59,435 nucleotides of DNA from an uncultured Candidatus Saccharibacteria bacterium (GTDB lineage Bacteria; Patescibacteriota; Minisyncoccia; Phycocordibacterales; UBA9973): positions 7,497-66,931 of the forward strand of contig CAZWBZ010000001.1 in assembly GCA_964632605.1 (NCBI GenBank), written 5' to 3'. The notes beneath the pieces are model-generated. The model saw only the letters and a list, made by a program, of their open reading frames with translations, searched no databases and was not told the origin of the DNA. How positions within the stretch are numbered: position 1 is the first letter of the stretch; the number at the start of each line of letters is the position of its first letter. Shown here piece by piece: positions 8,488 to 18,440 of this stretch. The translations under genes were made by a program, and so were the position numbers.

Positions 8488-10209
8488 CTACAAAGAGTAT
8501 ACCTCTTTGAGTGGAATCTTGCCAGCAAATGCCTTGACCATTGCGTCTTCTTTCATAGTAAGCATGCCTTTACTGCGAGCAAGCTTTAGAATATCGTCTT
8601 CTTTAGGATTAGCGAGTATTAAATGCTGCATTTCTTGATCTATTGAGAACATTTCAAAAACAGGAACACGCCCAGAAAGACCTGTTGGGAATTCCGGAGT
8701 TAAAATTGGCTCATACATATTGGCAGGCTTAGGCAGGGCTCCTTTTATAGAGTCTGGAAGATCAGATATGCTCTTATCCCACATCTTCGTAATACTTTCG
8801 TCTACTGGAATAGCCTTTTTGGTATTTTCATTAGCAAAAGATCTTGTAAGACGTTGCGCGACAGATAAAATTAAAGTTGGTGCAATAAGATATGGATCTA
8901 TTCCCATATCTATTAGACGAGGAATAGCCCCAACAGCACTATTGGTGTGCAGGGTTGCCAAAACAAGGTGCCCAGTAAGAGCAGCCTGAATAGCCAGGTC
9001 AGCTGTTTCTTTATCACGGATTTCCCCTACCATTATAATGTCCGGGTCTTGGCGAAGAATAGAGCGAAGCCCTGTTGCAAAAGTATAACCAATAGCTGCA
9101 TGGACTTGAGACTGAGTTATACCATCAATATGATATTCCACAGGGTCTTCCAAAGAAACAATGTTGTGAGTTTCTCTATCAAGTTCTGAAAGCATCGCGT
9201 AAAGTGTAGTAGATTTACCAGACCCAGTTGGACCAGTAATAAGAATTAGTCCGTATGGGCGAGACAGTGCATCTTTCATTGTTTGCAAATGCTCGGGAGT
9301 CATTTTGACTTCATTTAGTTTATAGACGCCAGATGAATTGTCTAAAACACGAATAACGACTTTTTCTCCATAGTAAGACGGCAAAGTAGAAACACGCAGA
9401 TCAACCTTGCGGTTTTGATAAACAACAGAAAAACTTCCGTCTTGTGGCTTACGGTGTTCATCTAACAATAATTTTGAATTTAATTTTACAAGAGCAACCA
9501 AAGAAGAAGCAGCTTCACTGGGTATTGTTGTCTTGGTTTCAAGTATTCCGTCAATACGGTAGCGTACTCTTACTAATTTACCAGTATTCTCCATGTGAAT
9601 ATCAGATGCTCGCATAGCAATAGCATCACGAATAATAGTAGACAAGACTCTACGCATAGGCGCATCTTCTTTTGTAGCAGTAACATCTACTGGTTTTGTG
9701 TCTTCATTTGTTATAGTAAGTAGGTCACCACCCTCGGTTTTACCTTGGTTTACTTGGCGCATTGCTTCATCAGAAATATTTCCAACACCACTATATCTAG
9801 AAGCAATAGCTTTAAAAAGTCTTGGTGAAATTAAGAAAAGTTTATACGCTACGTTTTTATTTTCACTAATAAAACGAATAGCGTCACGTAGTCCGGGTTG
9901 ATTTGGGTCTAGTATTCCTATTTCCAGAACTCCATCAGTCAAAGAAAGAGGAACAAGATTGTATTCCAAAGCAGAAGATTCTGTAACAAAATTTAATACA
10001 TCATTACTGATCTCCCCTGGCTCTTTTACAGCATAAGGTAAAGAATATTCTATAGCTAATACAGACAGTACCTTGTCTTCAGTAATACCACTATCTATAA
10101 GTGCACTAATAACGTCACCTTTAAAATTAGCATCTGCCAATTTGGATATTTCCCTGGCAGACTCGGATGTTATAAGCCCGGCACGAACAAATAAATTTAT
10201 GTCGTTCAT
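8488..10209 (-). CDS. pilB: type IV pilus assembly ATPase PilB (GspE family)
   Basis: 573 aa with Walker A GPTGSGKSTT, the motifs IMVGEIRD and LTGHLVLATLHTN, and a GspE N-terminal domain. Confidence 0.9.
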   Translation of the reverse strand: MNDINLFVRAGLITSESAREISKLADANFKGDVISALIDSGITEDKVLSVLAIEYSLPYAVKEPGEISNDVLNFVTESSALEYNLVPLSLTDGVLEIGILDPNQPGLRDAIRFISENKNVAYKLFLISPRLFKAIASRYSGVGNISDEAMRQVNQGKTEGGDLLTITNEDTKPVDVTATKEDAPMRRVLSTIIRDAIAMRASDIHMENTGKLVRVRYRIDGILETKTTIPSEAASSLVALVKLNSKLLLDEHRKPQDGSFSVVYQNRKVDLRVSTLPSYYGEKVVIRVLDNSSGVYKLNEVKMTPEHLQTMKDALSRPYGLILITGPTGSGKSTTLYAMLSELDRETHNIVSLEDPVEYHIDGITQSQVHAAIGYTFATGLRSILRQDPDIIMVGEIRDKETADLAIQAALTGHLVLATLHTNSAVGAIPRLIDMGIDPYLIAPTLILSVAQRLTRSFANENTKKAIPVDESITKMWDKSISDLPDSIKGALPKPANMYEPILTPEFPTGLSGRVPVFEMFSIDQEMQHLILANPKEDDILKLARSKGMLTMKEDAMVKAFAGKIPLKEVYSL

Positions 10210-10211
10210 AA

Positions 10212-10850
10212 TTATTTTGTTTGGAAATCTGCTTGTAAACCAGCATAATTTATTGGAGTCTCAAGAGATGCAGTATATTTTATTTTACTAACAAGACCAG
10301 TAACTACTGCGGAATATTCAGAAGACGCTTCCTTGTAAGTCAAACTAACAGAAGGAATAGAAACATTATTTGCCCCAGACAAAGCAACAGTAACTTTGTT
10401 ACCCTTTGGCAAGCCAGTTATAGAAACAGTAGCGGTAGTAGATGTTATCTTAGAAGTCTTTATTTGAACTCCAGCCGGAGAAACATTTGTAGCGTTTATT
10501 TCCTGCAAGCCACCAAAATTTCTAGGAGAATTTTCTGGGCCGTCATTTACAACAACTTGAGTACCAGAAATTTCAGAAAACGGATCAGTCTTACCTTTAT
10601 TAGGATTTGGGTCTACATAAGCACCAGAAGGAACAAGAGATTTAAAAACAGAAGAATTCAGCAAGCTTGTATCTAGTGAGACATTTTCTACACCCATCAA
10701 AGCTTTTATAAAATCGTTAGCTAAACTATTATCCTGAACAACCACAGCTTCAGAAGAAACAAGGTCTTTCCCTCCTCCACTTTTAAATATGAATAGTCCA
10801 ACACCTAATGCTAGTACAACTAAAATGATGATTATTTTTTTCTTAGACAT
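10212..10850 (-). CDS. membrane-anchored hypothetical protein of the pilus operon (Ig/Fn3-like C-terminus?)
   Basis: Has an N-terminal TM segment (KKIIIILVVLALGVGLFIF) and a Thr/Ser/Val-rich beta-type C-terminal region. The assignment rests on operon position only. Confidence 0.4.
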   Translation of the reverse strand: MSKKKIIIILVVLALGVGLFIFKSGGGKDLVSSEAVVVQDNSLANDFIKALMGVENVSLDTSLLNSSVFKSLVPSGAYVDPNPNKGKTDPFSEISGTQVVVNDGPENSPRNFGGLQEINATNVSPAGVQIKTSKITSTTATVSITGLPKGNKVTVALSGANNVSIPSVSLTYKEASSEYSAVVTGLVSKIKYTASLETPINYAGLQADFQTK

Positions 10851-10851
10851 A

Positions 10852-11514
10852 CTAATTTTTTAAATAGTAAATTACAGTTTTAATTGTAACATCATAAGTT
10901 CCTGGTGGGTATTTTTTGGTCTTAGTTGTAGTAGCCGGAGAAGAAGTATCTACCCCAGGAACCTTTAATGTAACAGAAACTGGTTCTATTAATCTTAAAT
11001 TATGTTCGATATCAGATAATAGTAATTTTGCATTTTCATAAGTAGCTCTAACAGTAAAATCTAGCGTAAAACTACCATAAGGTAGTGACCCTGCTAGACC
11101 AGTATCCCCGGCTGCTCTTATTGCTTGACCAGTAGTAGTTGTTCCTATATCAGCGCTACCAGTTGTAGCTTTTGTATCCAACTTAGGACTTTCAATTAAT
11201 AAACCGTATTTTTTTGCCAAAGTCTCAAGTTCTAGAACAAGTTTTATGTTGTCGACATTGTTAGGAAGCAAAGCTTCTATCTTTTGATGATCTTCTGGGG
11301 AAACAGTATTGTATTTTTTAGTTAAGTCATCTCTTCTTGCTTCTAAATTCTGGGCACTTGTTAATGCTGCACTATAGCTAGATTTATTCGCACTAATAGC
11401 CTTGATTCCATCATAAGAACAAGCAGGTATAGCACAATTATATTGTGGAACAGTAAAAAATACTGTTATGACTATTGCCGCTACAAAGAAGATTATTGAA
11501 AGTATTGTTTTCAT
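10852..11514 (-). CDS. PilO-like pilus assembly protein
   Basis: Has an N-terminal TM segment followed by a coiled-coil, and sits between the PilN-like gene and pilB. Called from topology and synteny. Confidence 0.55.
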   Translation of the reverse strand: MKTILSIIFFVAAIVITVFFTVPQYNCAIPACSYDGIKAISANKSSYSAALTSAQNLEARRDDLTKKYNTVSPEDHQKIEALLPNNVDNIKLVLELETLAKKYGLLIESPKLDTKATTGSADIGTTTTGQAIRAAGDTGLAGSLPYGSFTLDFTVRATYENAKLLLSDIEHNLRLIEPVSVTLKVPGVDTSSPATTTKTKKYPPGTYDVTIKTVIYYLKN

Positions 11515-11515
11515 A

Positions 11516-12184
11516 TTATTGATTCTTTATATTAGGAGATACTTGTCTAACAGATTCGACACTATTATCTAAACCAGTATTTGTGTTAGATTCCCCACTT
11601 ACATATCTTCTGTATAACAAAAATTCTGGATCAACAGTAAACATTATTTCAAAGCTAATTAAATTTGTTTTTGGGTCAACAGAAAGATTAGAAAAAACAA
11701 CGTCAGTAATATAACGACGGGCATCAGGATCTAAGGAAAACTGTTCAGACTCTTCTGCTATTGTTTTATAGTCTGGTGCTCGGCCAGTAAGACGCACTAC
11801 ATTTTTCTTTGTATTATCTATTTCGGAATAAGAGAAAGAAACAAATTGTACATTTTTAAGTGTAATTTTTTCTATCAAGCCAAAAAGCCCGTCAAAAGAT
11901 TTATGTCTATTTAGCAAATCTTTAGATGCTTTTAAGCGTTTATCAAATTCTTCTATACTACGAATAGGTAGACCTTCGCTAAATCTTGTTCTAGAAACAT
12001 CTAAACTATTTTTATAAGTCAAAAGCTGAGAAGCGCTATTTCTTCTAAGGATAAAAGACATCCCCCCTACAACAACTGATACCAAGAAAATAATTAAAGC
12101 CAAAACAAGAAAAGCTCCCCCTAATTGTGTATTAGTCTTAGGTTTGCTTTCGTGGGGTATAAATGTGTTTGAGTCTTGATTCAT
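11516..12184 (-). CDS. PilN-like pilus assembly protein
   Basis: A short cytoplasmic N-terminus, one TM segment (GGAFLVLALIIFLVSVVVGGMSF) and a periplasmic-type domain. It lies immediately downstream of pilM. Confidence 0.5.
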   Translation of the reverse strand: MNQDSNTFIPHESKPKTNTQLGGAFLVLALIIFLVSVVVGGMSFILRRNSASQLLTYKNSLDVSRTRFSEGLPIRSIEEFDKRLKASKDLLNRHKSFDGLFGLIEKITLKNVQFVSFSYSEIDNTKKNVVRLTGRAPDYKTIAEESEQFSLDPDARRYITDVVFSNLSVDPKTNLISFEIMFTVDPEFLLYRRYVSGESNTNTGLDNSVESVRQVSPNIKNQ

Positions 12185-12188
12185 AAAA

Positions 12189-13286
12189 TTATGATGCTAA
12201 AAGTCTCATAGCGATACCAGAACAAACAGTGAACTCTGGCTCTATACTAGGGATTATATCTTTTACTAATTCTGGAACAGTAGCTCTTTCGAATGGGTGA
12301 CTTTTTTCTGTAGGGATACCCAATATACTTTGGGTAAATTCAACGATACCCTGCATTTCAGCACCTCCCCCAAAAATTACAGCGCGTACAGGAGAAGCGT
12401 GAGAATATCTTTCGTATTCAGATATAGCATTACCAATGTCTTTAAGAATTGATGTATAGACTTCACGCATTGCTGTTTCGTTTTCACCAAGCGCTGTTAT
12501 AGAACTAGAATGTTTGATTTTATGAGCAGCAGCAAAATCCATACCTCGAGAAACCAAGGTGTTATCAAGCTCGTTAAAACCACGGTCTAGAGATATAGCT
12601 CTACGCATACTACCTTCGTGAATAATACTAATTTTTACATGAGCAGCGCCTAAATCAATCAAAACAATAGGAGCACGTTCATGTGTGTAAATACTGCGCA
12701 TACTAGAGAATACTTCTATCTCATACATTACAGGAATTACTCCTGATGCAGACATATAAGATTCTACTCTTTTCTTGGACTCATGAGACACAGCAACAAG
12801 TAAAAGATGTTTTTTGTCTTCTTTTTGTACGTCTTCTGGCAGAATCTCTTTAGGAATAGACAGCCAGTCAATATCAACATCGGCTGCTGGTACTGGTATA
12901 ACTTTGCGGGCTTCTGTCATAGCAACTGTCTTCATTTCGTCATCAGTAATACCAGAAGGTATACCGATGTCTCTAAACAAACTAGCACTGGTAGGCAATG
13001 CTACAGCGGTTCTAGTAGTATCAGCATTACATTCTTTTACAAGTTCTTTTATAGCTTCACCTATTTTTTCAGGGTCAGGTAATGCTACGGCTCCTACTGG
13101 TAAACCAGCATAAGGACCAAGAGCAATAGACCCATAAGTATCCAAAACTATTCTATTGTTTTTTAAAGAAAACTGCACAAGCTTGATACTAGTTGCGCCA
13201 ATATCAATACCTACTGCAACATGAGAAGATTCCTTTTTAGAAATAAAGGATGAGATGATTTTTCCGAAAGAATCAATAATGGACAT
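12189..13286 (-). CDS. pilM: type IV pilus assembly ATPase-like protein PilM (actin fold)
   Basis: The motifs VAVGIDIGATSIKLVQF and LIDLGAAHVKISI are actin/FtsA-like phosphate motifs. It is the first gene of the cluster. Confidence 0.85.
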   Translation of the reverse strand: MSIIDSFGKIISSFISKKESSHVAVGIDIGATSIKLVQFSLKNNRIVLDTYGSIALGPYAGLPVGAVALPDPEKIGEAIKELVKECNADTTRTAVALPTSASLFRDIGIPSGITDDEMKTVAMTEARKVIPVPAADVDIDWLSIPKEILPEDVQKEDKKHLLLVAVSHESKKRVESYMSASGVIPVMYEIEVFSSMRSIYTHERAPIVLIDLGAAHVKISIIHEGSMRRAISLDRGFNELDNTLVSRGMDFAAAHKIKHSSSITALGENETAMREVYTSILKDIGNAISEYERYSHASPVRAVIFGGGAEMQGIVEFTQSILGIPTEKSHPFERATVPELVKDIIPSIEPEFTVCSGIAMRLLAS

Positions 13287-13331
13287 ACGTGCATATAGTA
13301 TATCACAACAATTATATTGTATGATAGCTAT

Positions 13332-13994
13332 ATGAGGATAACGAAGCTATTTTACGGGCTTTTAGATTCAATCTTTTTTAATGAGAAATGTCTTAGGTGT
13401 TCTAGTAATGGAGAAACTTTATGTAAAAGCTGCTTAGGGCTTATTCCCCGCCCTGAAAATGATTTGCCCGAATATGTACATGCGCTGTACGAATATAGAC
13501 ACCCTGCTATCAAAAAAATCTTAACTGATGCAAAATATAGAAAACGTTTTGCTGGATTAAAAATATTTGGGCGAACAATGGCGGACGCATTGCAAGACAT
13601 TACTAGTGAATATTTTGAATTAAATAACTATACTAAAATCATATTAATCCCTGTGCCAATTTCTAAGAATAGGCATAAAAATAGAGGCTTTAATCAGGCA
13701 GAAGTTCTGGCTAAAGAAATCTTAGGTAATCTAAAAGAGCCTATTTATTTTTTAGGCGGTGATATTGTAATTAAAATTAAAGACCCGATACCCCAGGCTA
13801 GTATAAAGAATAGAAACGAAAGACTAAATTCCCCTGTTAATACATTCCAGGTTATAAAACCGGAATTACTGGGCGGAGCGCTATGTATAATAATAGACGA
13901 CATTACAACAACCGGCGGCACAATAAAAGAACTGCGCCGGATTCTTTTGGAATCCGGCGCAACCAATGCTATTGGGTTAGCAATAGCACATTAA
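13332..13994 (+). CDS. comFC: ComF-family phosphoribosyltransferase-like competence protein
   Basis: Has an N-terminal Cys pair CLRCSS...CKSC and the PRTase motif ALCIIIDDITTTGGT. The ORF-track start at 13317 is TTG, so the ATG at 13332 is preferred. The stop overlaps the nirK stop by 4 nt (convergent genes). Confidence 0.8.
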   Translation: MRITKLFYGLLDSIFFNEKCLRCSSNGETLCKSCLGLIPRPENDLPEYVHALYEYRHPAIKKILTDAKYRKRFAGLKIFGRTMADALQDITSEYFELNNYTKIILIPVPISKNRHKNRGFNQAEVLAKEILGNLKEPIYFLGGDIVIKIKDPIPQASIKNRNERLNSPVNTFQVIKPELLGGALCIIIDDITTTGGTIKELRRILLESGATNAIGLAIAH

Positions 13995-15235
13995 TAACCT
14001 GATTTCATATTTTCCATAGCTGCATTAGGATTAATGCTTTTAAAAACATTAGGGTTTTCTGGACCAGTAACTTTGAGTACAGCCCAAGCGCCTTTGTTCA
14101 TTCTAGCTAGCGCGTGGTCAACCAATAAATAATTTCCAGGAACATCCAGTGTAAATTCTACAATAGCTGCTCCTCCTGGTAATACAGCTGTAGCTTGAGT
14201 GTTATGTTCAAGAGCACCACCAATACTTGCGTTTGGGTACACAGTATCAAATATTTCTCCAATTACATGAAAAGATGAAATTAAATTTACTCCACCATTA
14301 CCAACATAAATTCTAACTTTGTCCCCTACTTTTGCATTCATTCTTGGAGTAGTTTCTATTCGTCCGTTAAAAGTCACATAGTTAGGTATACCATCCAAAA
14401 GAGCTTGTGAGTCAAAAGGAACTAATCCCTTTTTACCTAAATCACCAATGGTATAAAGCTCGCCTTGCATAACGTAGAATTCTTTATCTACCTTAGAAAA
14501 ACCGTTCAAAGGTTCTACTAAAATAAGACCATATTGCCCATGAGAATTGTGAGTAGAAACATTTGGCATAGCACAGTGGTAAACATAAAGACCAGGATTT
14601 AATGCTTTCCATTCAAAAGTCTTTGTTTCGCCAGGCATAACGTGAGTAAGAGATGCCCCGCCACCAGGACCAGTAACAGCATGCAGATCAATATTATGAT
14701 CATGCAAGCTAGTCTCATCATTTGTTAAAGAAATTTGAACCTGGTCACCTTCTTTAACACGTAACATTGGCCCAGGAACCTGTCCATTATAAGTCCAGTA
14801 ATTAAAATAAACATCGTCAGCAATTTCAGAAACAACTTCTTTTGCGACTAATGAAATTCGTACAATTCCGTCAGCATCTGGTTTTTGAGATTCGGCTGGG
14901 ACACTTTCAGGACTAGCCCCAATATCTTCGATACGCTCTAATTTATTTTCATAACTTAAGAATTTAAAAATTTTAGTAAATGGAATAGATGGTGGTAATT
15001 TACCTGGAGCATGCGAATGAATAAACATAGGCATTGCAAAATCTGGTGCGTAAGTACGGTTAGAAATTAACCCAGCAAAAACTGCCACAACTATTAAAAT
15101 AGTTGGAATAACAAAATGTTTGTTTTCTACTATTTTATGAATAAGTCTATTTTTCCATAAATAAACTATCAATAATATAAAGGCGACTATACCAACAAGA
15201 GCAGAGAGAACTTCGAGTATTAAATATTTAAACAT
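13991..15235 (-). CDS. nirK: copper-containing nitrite reductase (NirK)-like two-cupredoxin protein with two N-terminal TM helices
   Basis: The motifs HDHNIDLHAVTG (His95/Asp98/His100 equivalents), YVYHCAMPNVSTHNSHGQYG (His-Cys...His), FHVIGE and LLVDHAL match the type 1 and type 2 copper sites of NirK. Confidence 0.8.
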   Translation of the reverse strand: MFKYLILEVLSALVGIVAFILLIVYLWKNRLIHKIVENKHFVIPTILIVVAVFAGLISNRTYAPDFAMPMFIHSHAPGKLPPSIPFTKIFKFLSYENKLERIEDIGASPESVPAESQKPDADGIVRISLVAKEVVSEIADDVYFNYWTYNGQVPGPMLRVKEGDQVQISLTNDETSLHDHNIDLHAVTGPGGGASLTHVMPGETKTFEWKALNPGLYVYHCAMPNVSTHNSHGQYGLILVEPLNGFSKVDKEFYVMQGELYTIGDLGKKGLVPFDSQALLDGIPNYVTFNGRIETTPRMNAKVGDKVRIYVGNGGVNLISSFHVIGEIFDTVYPNASIGGALEHNTQATAVLPGGAAIVEFTLDVPGNYLLVDHALARMNKGAWAVLKVTGPENPNVFKSINPNAAMENMKSGY

Positions 15236-15258
15236 ATTTTATTTTTAATTAATAATAG

Positions 15259-15561
15259 TTATTTCTTTTTAGAAAGCTCATGTAATATTCTACAAGGTTC
15301 TACAATTCTAGGATCAATAATACTGTAATGTGCATTTAAACCAGAACGCCTAACCACAACTAATTTTGCATGCCGAAGTAATGCCAAATGTTGTGACACG
15401 TTAGCTTTAGGGACTTCTAGTGTTTTTACAAGATCTTCTACTGACATTTCTTGCTCACGAAGAAGATTTAGGATTTCTAGGCGCTTTGAATTAGCTAAAA
15501 TTTTATAAATTTCAGCATTTTTTTCATAGGCTTTTCTGGGTAAAGGTTTCTTTATCTTCAT
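15259..15561 (-). CDS. ArsR/SmtB-family transcriptional regulator
   Basis: The stretch LANSKRLEILNLLREQEMSVEDLVKTLEVPKANVSQHLALLRHAKLV is a winged helix-turn-helix. There is no Cys at the usual ELCVCDL site. The ATG at 15561 is preferred over the TTG at 15582. Confidence 0.85.
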   Translation of the reverse strand: MKIKKPLPRKAYEKNAEIYKILANSKRLEILNLLREQEMSVEDLVKTLEVPKANVSQHLALLRHAKLVVVRRSGLNAHYSIIDPRIVEPCRILHELSKKK

Positions 15562-15600
15562 GGTATAAAAATTATGTAACAATTATTGGCTAAAAGCAAT

Positions 15601-16155
15601 TTAATTATAATTTGGCTTATTTTCATTTATTCCATTCTGGAAATTAACTAAACGAACAAAAGCATAAAGAACACTGGAAAGTCTGTTAAGGTAGGCCAAG
15701 GTCTCAGGGCTTACATCATTAAATTCATCATTAACACTAACAACACGTCTTTCTGCCCGACGAGAAATAGTGCGAGCAATATCAAACAAAGCAGAAATCT
15801 CAGACCCTCCAGAAATAAAAAAAGAATTAATGGGTGGAATTATCTTTTCGATACTATTAGTAATATCTTCTAACCATTTTATTTTTTCTAGATTTATTTT
15901 TTTATCAGCACCAGCAATTCCAGCTTGGATAATAAAAAGGTCTTGCTGTATTTGCTCTAAAATGGCAGAAATTAATAAAATATCACTTCTAAAAACAAAA
16001 CTATTCTTTTCAGTTTTTACTTTTACTAAACCCAAAAATGAATTAATTTCATCTAATGAACCTAAAGCTTCAGCAACGCTAGAACCTTTGGATATGCGTT
16101 GATTACATCCAAAAGTTTTTGTACTACCGTCGTCACCTTTGCCAGTATAAAGCAT
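15601..16155 (-). CDS. ATP:cob(I)alamin adenosyltransferase, PduO type
   Basis: The N-terminus MLYTGKGDDGSTKTFG...EALGSLDEINSFLG and the size of 184 aa are typical of the PduO/MMAB family. Confidence 0.85.
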   Translation of the reverse strand: MLYTGKGDDGSTKTFGCNQRISKGSSVAEALGSLDEINSFLGLVKVKTEKNSFVFRSDILLISAILEQIQQDLFIIQAGIAGADKKINLEKIKWLEDITNSIEKIIPPINSFFISGGSEISALFDIARTISRRAERRVVSVNDEFNDVSPETLAYLNRLSSVLYAFVRLVNFQNGINENKPNYN

Positions 16156-16157
16156 AA

Positions 16158-18440
16158 TTATATTTCACAAGTACCACCCACACAGGCTAACTCTTTTTTG
16201 GCTTCTGTTTCATCTTCTTTTTCATAAGTTACAATTTTTGAAAAATCAATTTCTCCAAAACGTTTTACCATTTCATCATATTTTTCTTTAGTAATTGTTT
16301 CATATGGTGCTAATTGGTACACATGATTTGATCTTGGTAAAAATGATAACCCGCCAACAATATCCCAATTTTTATAAACCCAATTTGCAACAGTTAACCA
16401 TTCATCATCTCCTACAGAAATTGTTACAGATGGGTTATGCTCGGTAAAATTTTCTTTAACAACTTTCCAGTGTTCAAGTTGAGTTAGGGCATCTATATCA
16501 TCTTTACAAATAGCCCCCTCTGGAGATTTTACTGGAAATTCAAAAACAAAAGTTGTAGCATTTTGTAATGTTTGACCAACTTCTGGGAAATAAGGCACAC
16601 CCTGGTCTTTTAACATTTTAAATAATGCATCATTGGCCGAAATACGAATACGTCTAATATAGTAAGGTGCATGTCTTGGGTGCATACCAGAAGAGCAATC
16701 CACTGTTTGAGAAACGGTACCTGATGGCTTTACACAAGTAATACAAGTAGACGCTGGAATATCGAAACGTTTTGCGTATTTTTTATTTGTTTCAATTGCT
16801 ACATTTTTTAATTTTTGTAATACTTCTGGATCACGCGCAATTTTAGAATCCCACTGCCCCGTTATCGAGACACCTAATAATCTTTCTTTACTACAATTTT
16901 GTTGCCATTCTTTAGAAAGATACGGGAAATAAGTTAAGGATGATTGATAAGTCCCAAGAATTGTAGCCACCCGAACTTTTTCTACAAGTGATTCAACTGT
17001 ATCTTCGGCTCTGGCAACAACTTCGGATAAATTACAAAATTGTTTTGACTGTAGAATAATTTCTCCACATGGATTTGTGCCCCATGCAGGATAATTTTCT
17101 TCTGGCCATTGAGCAAGTCTTCTTTTGGGTAATGTTTTAACCAAACTACCTCGATTAAAAATTCCCCGTTCCCCGCTACCACTTTTAACCAAAGCCACCC
17201 ATTCATCTAAAAATGTTACAACATCTGGCTTTACATTATAAACAGCAGAATTATTAGCTAACATTCTTTGGCCTTCTAAAAGATAAAATTGGCCTTTTTT
17301 AGAATCTCTTATTGCTTCATCATCTAAATCAGATAAAGAAATCATGGCGCTTCTTCTGACCCCACCAGCTACAACGCATTCACCTATTTTACAAATAATG
17401 TCATGAGCATCTAAGTTGGTAAGATGTCTTCCTTGGCGTTTTAAAATTCTTTCTTTTGTGAATTCCAATAATGAACGCAAAGGTTCCGGGCCTGAGGCTT
17501 TTCCACCCATAGTTTTAAGACGTGAGCCGGCTGGACGAATCTTTGAATAATCAAATTCTACGTCTTTACCTGAAAACCAAGTCTCCATCCCAAAAGAGAA
17601 TGCATCTGCCCAGCCTTCTTTACTGTCTGGAATAACACAAACTGGTAACTTCTTTCCATTTTGGTTTTTAATTTGAGGCATAGCTTGAATATTTTCACTT
17701 TCCACAGACCAACCAACCCCAGTACCACACATAGAAATGTACATTATTTCAGCAAAATCTTGAAAAGTTTTAGGTGCGATAAATGAACAATTGTAAGCAC
17801 ATACATTAGTCTTTCTGGCTGACTTGCCAGCAAACTGCAACAGTCTCATTGAAGGCATTGAATCCTGTTTCAAGATAGTTTCCCTAACTTCGCTATATTC
17901 TTTTTCGGTTAATTTTGACCCAATATTATCTCGCATAAAATTAATATAGCGATCTACTGTTTCAACCCAGGTTTCTCTACGACCTTCTTCGTCTATCCAT
18001 TTTGCATAAGTACGATAATAAACAAATTCTGCTAATGAATTACGGAAATATTTTTTACTTTCTTCAACAAGTTCTTTAACTTTTTCTGGTACGAAGCCTA
18101 CTTTTTCTCGAACAATAGATCTTTCGTTGCGATAAAGAATATAAGCTTTTGCCGTCTGAAGTAAGCCTGACATTATTAGTTCATTTTCTACAATGTCCTG
18201 AATTGTTTCTACACTTGGAACAAACTTTTTAATATTATTTTCTTTTTTAAAAGCACACAATGCATCTAAAATATTTTTAGTTAAAGCTTCTGCTTTAATT
18301 TCATTATATTCCCCCACTGACTGCATCGCTCGCATAATTGCCCTAGTAATACGATATTGGTCAAATGGAACAATAGACCCGTCTCTTTTTTTAATTTGAG
18401 ACAAAATTAAATATTTTTTATTTTTTAAAATATTTTTCAT
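16158..18440 (-). CDS. nrdJ: adenosylcobalamin-dependent (class II) ribonucleotide reductase with N-terminal ATP-cone
   Basis: 760 aa with the ATP-cone KKRDGSIVPFDQYRITRAI, the active-site motif NPCGEI and a C-terminal redox pair CVGGTCEI. There is an ATGA start/stop overlap with the upstream gene. Confidence 0.9.
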   Translation of the reverse strand: MKNILKNKKYLILSQIKKRDGSIVPFDQYRITRAIMRAMQSVGEYNEIKAEALTKNILDALCAFKKENNIKKFVPSVETIQDIVENELIMSGLLQTAKAYILYRNERSIVREKVGFVPEKVKELVEESKKYFRNSLAEFVYYRTYAKWIDEEGRRETWVETVDRYINFMRDNIGSKLTEKEYSEVRETILKQDSMPSMRLLQFAGKSARKTNVCAYNCSFIAPKTFQDFAEIMYISMCGTGVGWSVESENIQAMPQIKNQNGKKLPVCVIPDSKEGWADAFSFGMETWFSGKDVEFDYSKIRPAGSRLKTMGGKASGPEPLRSLLEFTKERILKRQGRHLTNLDAHDIICKIGECVVAGGVRRSAMISLSDLDDEAIRDSKKGQFYLLEGQRMLANNSAVYNVKPDVVTFLDEWVALVKSGSGERGIFNRGSLVKTLPKRRLAQWPEENYPAWGTNPCGEIILQSKQFCNLSEVVARAEDTVESLVEKVRVATILGTYQSSLTYFPYLSKEWQQNCSKERLLGVSITGQWDSKIARDPEVLQKLKNVAIETNKKYAKRFDIPASTCITCVKPSGTVSQTVDCSSGMHPRHAPYYIRRIRISANDALFKMLKDQGVPYFPEVGQTLQNATTFVFEFPVKSPEGAICKDDIDALTQLEHWKVVKENFTEHNPSVTISVGDDEWLTVANWVYKNWDIVGGLSFLPRSNHVYQLAPYETITKEKYDEMVKRFGEIDFSKIVTYEKEDETEAKKELACVGGTCEI

